From the NCBI GenBank assembly GCA_963422395.1, contig OY729431.1:928001-992000 (forward strand): DNA of 64,000 nucleotides. The letters run 5' to 3'. The notes under the pieces are model-generated. The model searched no databases. It had not been told where the DNA came from and saw nothing but the letters and a program-made list of their open reading frames with translations. This document shows positions 58,074-64,000 of this stretch, in pieces; position 1 is the stretch's first letter; each line of letters opens with the position of its first letter. Origin of the DNA: Vicinamibacteria bacterium (lineage in GTDB: Bacteria > Acidobacteriota > Vicinamibacteria > Marinacidobacterales > Marinacidobacteraceae). The translations under genes and the position numbers were made by a program.

Positions 58074-58928
58074 GTGAAGACCCGTACGGCGGCGCGCGCG
58101 AGAGAGCGGCTTGCGGTGTGCGCTCGGATCGAGCCCGAGGCCGAAGTCCGGCGGCGGGTGGGTTTCCTGAAGGAATATCTCGAGGCGAGCGGACAGCGCG
58201 CGCTGTGGCTGGCGGTTTCCGGCGGGGTGGATTCGGCGCTCTGCGGCCGTCTCTGTTCGCTTGCGGTCTCCGAACGCAAGCGCGAACGCGGCGGAGATCT
58301 CCGCTTCGTCGCGGTGAGGCTTCCCTACGGGGAGCAGCGCGATGCCGCCGACGCGGAGCGGGTGCTCGAATGGATCGGGCCCGACGAAATCGTGTCGGTG
58401 GAAATCGAAGCAGCCGTCCAGGCTCTCGAGGATGCACTGCCGAGGGACCGGCTCACGGAGTGCTCCGAATCAGGCCGCGACTTCGCCCGAGGGAACACGA
58501 AGGCGCGAATGCGGATGGCGGTCCAGTACCACCTCGCGAACCTCGGGGGCGGGCTGGTGGTAGGGACCGATCACGCTTCGGAGGCGCTCGTCGGTTTCTT
58601 CACCAAGTTCGGCGACGGGGCCGCCGATGTGATGCCGCTGTTCGGTCTCACGAAGGGACAGGTACGGCGGCTCGCGGCCCATCTGGGTGCTCCCCCGGAC
58701 ATCGTGAGCAAGGAAGCCACCGCCGACCTGGAAGATCTGCGGCCGCAGATTCCGGACGAAGAGGTGCTCGCACTGCGGTACGAGGAGATGGACGCCTATC
58801 TCGAAGGCCGTCCCGCGCCGGCTGCGGCCGCGGCCCGGATCGAGGCGCTCCACCGGCAGACCGAACACAAGCGCCGGGGGCCGGTCACCCCTCAGGACAC
58901 CTGGTGGCGCCAGAGCGGCGCGGAGTGA
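58074..58928 (+). CDS. nadE: NH3-dependent NAD+ synthetase
   Basis: SGGVDS, VRLPYGEQ, GNTKARMRM, GTDHASE, GFFTKFGDG, TADLED, HKR. Confidence 0.95.
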   Translation: MKTRTAARARERLAVCARIEPEAEVRRRVGFLKEYLEASGQRALWLAVSGGVDSALCGRLCSLAVSERKRERGGDLRFVAVRLPYGEQRDAADAERVLEWIGPDEIVSVEIEAAVQALEDALPRDRLTECSESGRDFARGNTKARMRMAVQYHLANLGGGLVVGTDHASEALVGFFTKFGDGAADVMPLFGLTKGQVRRLAAHLGAPPDIVSKEATADLEDLRPQIPDEEVLALRYEEMDAYLEGRPAPAAAAARIEALHRQTEHKRRGPVTPQDTWWRQSGAE

Positions 58929-58955
58929 GGGGAGGTTCTCGACGATTCCGGCAGG

Positions 58956-59345
58956 ACCCCCGTTCACAGCATGGTGATTTGAATCGGACTCGCTGCCGCC
59001 CCACTGCGGCTGATCGGGAACCGGGTTCGAGGAACGGAAGGAGCGGCAGGAGTGCGATTCCCGGCGCGGAGCGTCGGGCGTTTCGGGGCGGGGCGGCAGC
59101 TCCCGGGAGGAGTGTGCTTCCTGCCCGTGGCCGGAAAACACCTGTTGCGCCCGAAGCGGAGCTTCGGGAGCGTCGCAGCGGGGGAAAGTGTGAAAGGGGG
59201 TTCACCCCCGTTCACAGGATGGTGATTTCGAATCGGACTCGCTGCCGCCCCACTGCGGCTGATCGGGAACCGGGTTCGAGGAACGGAAGGAGCGGCAGGA
59301 GTGCGATTCCCGGCGCGGAGCGTCGGGCGTTTCGGGGCGGGGCGG
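58956..59345. repeat. About 141-bp near-identical direct repeat (58956..59096 and 59204..59345) around a 107-bp spacer
   Basis: Both copies read ACCCCCGTTCACAG...TTTCGGGGCGGGGCGG, differing by one substitution and one indel near the start. Confidence 0.9.
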
Positions 59346-59374
59346 GGCGGAAGCCTCGCCCCGCCCCGAAACGC
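59327..59374. terminator. 22-bp stem with GGAA loop abutting the thioesterase stop
   Basis: GCGTTTCGGGGCGGGGCGGGGC-GGAA-GCCTCGCCCCGCCCCGAAACGC between convergent nadE and the thioesterase gene. Confidence 0.65.
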
Positions 59375-60007
59375 TCAGGCCTGCTGGAGGAGGTAGGTCG
59401 CGAGCCCCACGGCAACGACGCGGTCGTTGTCCTCGACCACTTCGATCCGGGACACCACCAGCGTGCGCCCCTTGCGTACGACTTCGCCGATGGCGAGCAG
59501 GTCCCCCTGAACGATCCCCAGGATGCTCAATTTGTACTCCACCAGGCGGATGCTCACTCCGGGCGCGATCGAGGCGGCGGCCAGGTGCCCGGCGGCCACG
59601 CACATCGACCCGAGGACACCTCCTTCGAGCGGGCCCGGCTCGGTGTTTCCTGCTCTAGCCGGAAGGCGGACCCGCGAGACTCCGTTGTCGGCGTAGTCGA
59701 GGCGGAGCCCGAGGCCTCGCGCGAGCGGCGTCGCCTCGAGGTCCTTCTGCAGCCGTTTCCGCTGGACGGAGCGCTCGCGACTCTCTCCCTCCGGCGCCGG
59801 CTTGGCATCTTCGTCGAGGTCCACCGTTTCGAACTCCAGGACGGGTTCGGGAGCCTCCCCTTCGGAAACCGGAGCAGTAGCGCCGCGCCGGCGGGCGAAG
59901 AACGATTCGGGCGCACCGCGCGAGCGGCGCGGCACTGTCCTCCCCGGGGTTTTCCCGGACTGCTTCTTCGGTGTGTTCTCGTTGCCTGGGGGCTCGGACC
60001 TGCTCAT
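59375..60007 (-). CDS. PaaI-like hotdog thioesterase with disordered N-terminus
   Basis: TPLARGLGLRL, LEGGVLGS, VEYKLSIL, GEVVRKGRTLVV, VAVGLATY. Confidence 0.8.
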   Translation of the reverse strand: MSRSEPPGNENTPKKQSGKTPGRTVPRRSRGAPESFFARRRGATAPVSEGEAPEPVLEFETVDLDEDAKPAPEGESRERSVQRKRLQKDLEATPLARGLGLRLDYADNGVSRVRLPARAGNTEPGPLEGGVLGSMCVAAGHLAAASIAPGVSIRLVEYKLSILGIVQGDLLAIGEVVRKGRTLVVSRIEVVEDNDRVVAVGLATYLLQQA

Positions 60008-60199
60008 GCCCGCATCTCCATCTTCGCCTATCGGCTCCGGAGGCCTCGATCCGTCTGCAGCCGGAGCCCGGATTCTGGAAGACAGCAGGAATCCGATGCC
60101 CTCCGAGAGATGACCGAAAGCACGGTGCAGCAGATCGTATCACCCGAAAGGCGATTTCTCGGGGCATAACATTCTGCCTCTGGGATTGCCGGAGGAGCG

Positions 60200-61630
60200 A
60201 TGAGCCAAACGAGCGAGGCCGCGTTCGAGGTGGTGATCCTCGGGAGTGGTCCGGGGGGCTATGTGGCTGCTCTGCAGGCGGCCGCCGCCGGCCTTCGGAC
60301 TGCGGTAGTCGAGAAGGACGAGAAATTCGGCGGCACCTGCCTCCATGTCGGTTGTATTCCGAGCAAGGTGTTTCTCCATACTGCCTCGCTGCTCGACGAA
60401 ATCCGGACCGCGAAGACTTTCGGAGTCACGGTTTCCGAGCCGAACCTCGACTGGGGCGGCTTGCAGCGCCGGAACCGCAGGGTCATCGGCAAGCTGGCGG
60501 GCGGAGTGGCGCTGTTGTTGCGGCGCGCTGGAGTCGCATGCTTTCGGGGTACCGGCCGACTTGCGGGTCCGGGCCGGGTCGAGGTGCAGCCTCCCGAAAC
60601 GGCCAGACCGCCGGAGGCGGCCGTCCGGGTGCTCACCGCGCCCAACATCATCATCGCCACCGGCTCCGAAGCGCGCACGCTTCCCTTCCTGAACCTGGAT
60701 GGGGACCGGATCGTGACGAACGCCGAAATGTTCGATCTGCCGGAGTGTCCGGCCCGGCTCGGGATCATCGGCGCGGGCGCCGTCGGCGCCGAGTTCGCCT
60801 CGATGTTCCGCGCTTTCGGGACCCAGGTGGATCTCTTCGAGGCGCTGCCGCGGGTTCTGCCGCTCGAGGACGCCGAGGTCTCCGAAGTCGTCGAAAAGGC
60901 GTTCCGCCGCCGCCGAATCGGGGTGAAGACCGGCGTCGCCGTCGAAGGGGCCGAGCCCTCCGGATCCGGGGTCGCGGTTCGCTACCTTGCGGGCGGCCGA
61001 GTGGAATGCGCGGAGTACGACCGGCTGCTGGTGGCGGTGGGCAGGGCACCTCGCACCGCCGGGATCGGTCTCGAAACCGTCGGACTCGAGCCCGACAGCG
61101 GCGGGGTGCTCGCGGTGGACGACAGCTGTCGGACCCAGGCCGCCGGCGTTTTCGCGATCGGAGATGTGGTGGGAAGCGCACAGCTCGCCCATGTGGCTTC
61201 CGCCGAGGCCGAAGCGGCCGTGGCGGCTATTTCCGGAGACGAGCCGCGGCCGCTCCGCCGGGACCGGATGCCCGCCGCCACCTATTGCGTGCCCGAAGTG
61301 GGTTCCGTCGGGCTGACCGAGGCGGCGGCGCTCGCCGAGAGCCGCGAGCTGCGGGTGGGCCGGTTTCCCTTCGCCGCCAACAGCAAGGCGAACATCCTGG
61401 GCGATCTCACCGGGTTCGTGAAGGTGGTGGCCGACGCCCGCTATGGCGAGGTGATCGGAGTGCATATCGTGGGTCCTCACGCCACCGATCTGATCGCCGA
61501 GGCGGTGGTGGCGATGGAGCATGAAGCCACGCTGGAATCTTTCGCCCGGAGCGTCCATCCGCATCCCACGCTGTCCGAAGCGGTGGCGGAAGGGGCGCTC
61601 GCCGCTCTCGGGTCGCCGCTCCACGCCTGA
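60200..61630 (+). CDS. lpdA: Dihydrolipoamide dehydrogenase (E3)
   Basis: GSGPGGY, GGTCLHVGCIPSK, GAGAVGAEFA, LAHVAS, HPHPTLSE. Confidence 0.96.
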   Translation: MSQTSEAAFEVVILGSGPGGYVAALQAAAAGLRTAVVEKDEKFGGTCLHVGCIPSKVFLHTASLLDEIRTAKTFGVTVSEPNLDWGGLQRRNRRVIGKLAGGVALLLRRAGVACFRGTGRLAGPGRVEVQPPETARPPEAAVRVLTAPNIIIATGSEARTLPFLNLDGDRIVTNAEMFDLPECPARLGIIGAGAVGAEFASMFRAFGTQVDLFEALPRVLPLEDAEVSEVVEKAFRRRRIGVKTGVAVEGAEPSGSGVAVRYLAGGRVECAEYDRLLVAVGRAPRTAGIGLETVGLEPDSGGVLAVDDSCRTQAAGVFAIGDVVGSAQLAHVASAEAEAAVAAISGDEPRPLRRDRMPAATYCVPEVGSVGLTEAAALAESRELRVGRFPFAANSKANILGDLTGFVKVVADARYGEVIGVHIVGPHATDLIAEAVVAMEHEATLESFARSVHPHPTLSEAVAEGALAALGSPLHA

Positions 61631-61640
61631 CACACAGCCC

Positions 61641-62375
61641 GTGGACCAAGCCCCCTGGCCGCCGGTCTGGCGGCTTTCCCTGCCGAGGCTCGAGTACCGC
61701 GCGGCTTGGGCGTTGCAGCGAGAGCTCGTGGAGCGCCGCCGGCGCGGTGCGATCCCGGATGTTCTCTTGGTCACCGAGCATCCGCCGGTTTTCACCCTCG
61801 GCCGGACCGCCCTTGCCGAACATCTGCTCATGGCGCCGGCACGGCTCGTCGAGAGCGGCGCCGAAGTCGTCGAGACCGACCGCGGAGGCGATGTGACCTT
61901 CCACGGCCCCGGCCAGCTGGTCGCATACCCGATCTTCGATCTCGCGGGCTGGAGAAAGGATCTCCACGCCTATCTCCGGGCGCTCGAGCAGGTGGTCCTG
62001 GATACGGCGGCGGGTTTCGGGGTGCCGGGGTGCCGGCGCGAGGGTTTCACCGGGGTCTGGTGCGGGGGGGAGAAGCCGCCCGCGAGCGAACCGCGCAAGC
62101 TGGCTTCGATCGGGGTTCGCGTTTCGCGCTGGATCGCGTCGCACGGATTCGCGCTCGATGTGGCCACCGATCTCGAGTGGTTCTCCCACATCGTGCCCTG
62201 TGGGATCCGAGGCTGCCGGGCGACCACGTTGGAAGCGGAGGCCGGGCGGCGGCTTTCTCTCGCCGAGGTCACGGACGGGCTCGTGGAGGCGTTCGGAGCT
62301 GTGTTCCGGCGTCGGGTCGAACCGGCGCCCTCCCGGTTCGCCGCGGCGCTCGCCGGACGCGGGAACGCGGCGTAA
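61641..62375 (+). CDS. lipB: Lipoyl(octanoyl) transferase
   Basis: EHPPVFTLG, DRGGDVTFHGPGQLVAYP, KLASIG, SHGFAL, IVPCGI. GTG start assumed. Confidence 0.93.
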   Translation: MDQAPWPPVWRLSLPRLEYRAAWALQRELVERRRRGAIPDVLLVTEHPPVFTLGRTALAEHLLMAPARLVESGAEVVETDRGGDVTFHGPGQLVAYPIFDLAGWRKDLHAYLRALEQVVLDTAAGFGVPGCRREGFTGVWCGGEKPPASEPRKLASIGVRVSRWIASHGFALDVATDLEWFSHIVPCGIRGCRATTLEAEAGRRLSLAEVTDGLVEAFGAVFRRRVEPAPSRFAAALAGRGNAA

Positions 62376-62641
62376 CAGGCCGTGGATGAAGTGGCGCGAG
62401 TACCGAGACCGGGGAGGCGCCTGGCGGACAAGGCGCGAATCGGGAGGCATACCGGGCGTATTCCGACTGATTTGCAACGAAGAGCGAAGCGGTTCAGCCA
62501 TGATGCATCTCCGGTCGCTCCGAGCGGGGCCGAATATGGCCCCGCGAGCACGCCGGAGAGTGAGGGCTCCCGGTCGGGGATCCTCGACCGGGAGCCCCTC
62601 GCTACTCGGCAATGCCGTGTGACTTTGTCCACGGGCTGTTA
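62373..62641. mobile_element. MITE copy 2 (269 bp)
   Basis: Terminal IR TAACAGGCCGTGGA / TCCACGGGCTGTTA (13/14). Both ends and a core of about 70 bp match 42038..42257 in reverse orientation. Confidence 0.85.
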
Positions 62642-62694
62642 ACAGCCGCTGCGGGGGGCGCAGGCGGTCAGGCAGCCGACCGGCCGATCCGACT

Positions 62695-63675
62695 TTGCCG
62701 ATCACGTACCTGGAGGCGATCCGACGGGCGCTCCGCTCCGAAATGGAGCGCGACCGAAGCGTCATCCTGCTCGGGGAGGACATCGGGTGCTACGGCGGCG
62801 CCTTCCGGCTCACCGAAGGGTTCCTCGAGACCTTCGGCCCCGGACGAGTCTTCGATACCCCGATCAGCGAGGAGGGATTTACCGGGGTCGCGGTGGGGGC
62901 GGCGCTTCAGGGCTTTCGACCGATCGTCGAGTTCCAGTTCCTGGACTTCATCGCCAGCGCGTTCAACATGGTGACGAATTTCGCCGCGAAGAGCCGCTAT
63001 CGCACGGGCCTCGCGGTTCCGCTGGTGCTGCGCGGGCCGGCGGGCGCGGGAGTCCGCGCGGGACCGTTCCATTCGCAGAGTCCCGAAGCCCACTTCACCC
63101 ACACCCCGGGCGTCAAGGTGGCGGCGCCGGCCAGCGTGGCCGACGCGGCGGGGCTGCTGCGCGCTGCCATCCGGGACGACGATCCGGTTCTCTTCATCGA
63201 GCACAAGCGCCTCTACCGGAGCCTCCGGATCCCGGAGGCGGAGTTCCGGAGAGCGCCCGAGGTGGTTCCCCTCGGCCGGGCGGCGCTTCGTCGTCGAGGA
63301 AGCGATCTCACGATCGCCGCGTACGGAGGCGCCGTCGGATTGGCGGCAGAGGCGGCCGATCAGCTGGCCGGCGAGCGGATCGAGGCCGAAGTCCTCGACC
63401 TGCGCTGCCTCGTTCCGCTGGATCGCGAGGCGCTCTTCGAATCCGTCCGGCGCACCAGCCGGCTGGTGGTGGTGCATGAGGACAACCTCACCGGCGGCTT
63501 CGGAGCCGAGATCGCGGCGCTCGCTGCGGAGTACCTCTTCGCCGATCTCGACGCCCCGATCGTGAGGATCGCGGCCGCCGACGCTCCCGTTCCCTATGCG
63601 CCCGCACTCGAGGATGCAGTGCTGCCGACGGCCGCCCGGGTCGTCGAGGCGGCGCAGCGCCTGATGCGTTACTGA
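62695..63675 (+). CDS. 2-oxoacid dehydrogenase E1 beta subunit (PdhB/BkdA2-type)
   Basis: ITYLEAI, GEDIG, DTPISEEG, EFQFLDF, GPFHSQ, FIEHKRLY, LDAPIVRI. TTG start. Confidence 0.93.
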   Translation: MPITYLEAIRRALRSEMERDRSVILLGEDIGCYGGAFRLTEGFLETFGPGRVFDTPISEEGFTGVAVGAALQGFRPIVEFQFLDFIASAFNMVTNFAAKSRYRTGLAVPLVLRGPAGAGVRAGPFHSQSPEAHFTHTPGVKVAAPASVADAAGLLRAAIRDDDPVLFIEHKRLYRSLRIPEAEFRRAPEVVPLGRAALRRRGSDLTIAAYGGAVGLAAEAADQLAGERIEAEVLDLRCLVPLDREALFESVRRTSRLVVVHEDNLTGGFGAEIAALAAEYLFADLDAPIVRIAAADAPVPYAPALEDAVLPTAARVVEAAQRLMRY

Positions 63676-63687
63676 GCCGGGAGCTAG

Positions 63688-64000
63688 CTGTGACCTTGCG
63701 GTAGGTTGTTCACACGAACCCGATGCCCGGAACTTGTTGACGGATCGGTGTCCGAAGCATTCGACGCTGTCGAAGACGCGGCGCCGGATTGCGACGGAGG
63801 CACACGCGGAGGTTTCGTTTGGGTTCTGCGGCGGCTGGAAGAGGCGGGATTGCTACGGGGTCGGAGGGTAGGAGTCGATGGAACGACGCTGCTGGCGAAC
63901 GCCTCGATGCGAGGGATCGTCCGGCGGGATACCGGGGAGGGGTACCAGGAGTTCCTGCGCCGTCTGGCGGAGGAATCGGGGATCGAGACGCCGAGTCGGG
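63688..64000 (+). mobile_element. IS1182-family transposase remnant (5'-deleted, frameshifted, runs off the window)
   Basis: CTAG then IS end CTGTGACCTTGCGGTAGG. PKHSTLSKTRRRIATEAHAEV, frameshift near 63813, then VWVLRRLEEAGLL...VDGTTLLANASMRGIVRRDTGEGYQEFL. Confidence 0.85.

Noticed and set aside
58956-59345. Possible CRISPR or DGR template/variable repeat pair
   Set aside because: Only two long copies, non-coding, differences are not adenine-specific, and there is no reverse transcriptase in the window.
63800-63830. Programmed frameshift in the transposase
   Set aside because: No slippery heptamer, and the gene already lacks its 5' end, so decay or a sequencing error is more likely.
1-64000. 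Many long alternative-frame ORFs in the track (e.g. 37026..40703 -, 33724..36696 -, 54887..57625 +, 12258..14747 +)
   Set aside because: Antisense or shifted shadows of well-supported genes, expected at high GC, with Arg/Pro/Gly-rich composition and no motifs.

Overview
A GC-rich (roughly 70% by eye) bacterial chromosomal window. Gene content (GWxTD protein, VPS10/BNR hydrolase, Oar-type TonB receptor, mgtE-recO-glyQ-glyS-mutL, bshA) suggests Acidobacteriota, which is an inference. About 45 genes are recognisable, mostly housekeeping and secreted peptidase/amidohydrolase/transport genes. No rRNA, tRNA or CRISPR array was seen. The most notable features beyond routine annotation are: (1) ACGT is almost absent across the window, with context-specific GAC>GAT, CAC>CAT and TAC>TAT codon switching before Val, consistent with a methylation or restriction footprint; (2) an AT-rich array of four 23-bp units directly upstream of an AAA_14/DUF4143 ATPase-nuclease gene; (3) a tandem metzincin module in which an intact protease carries a 4-Cys domain that the neighbouring zinc-motif-degenerate paralog encodes as a separate lipoprotein; (4) a family of IS1182-related MITEs and IS ends sitting at YTAR sites (stop codons), one with an apparent CTAA target duplication that preserves two convergent stops; (5) an eroded patch of TA and nuclease-helicase remnants at 6.1-7.3 kb and a stand-alone ATPase-TOPRIM gene. 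Product names come from motif recognition, not database searches.
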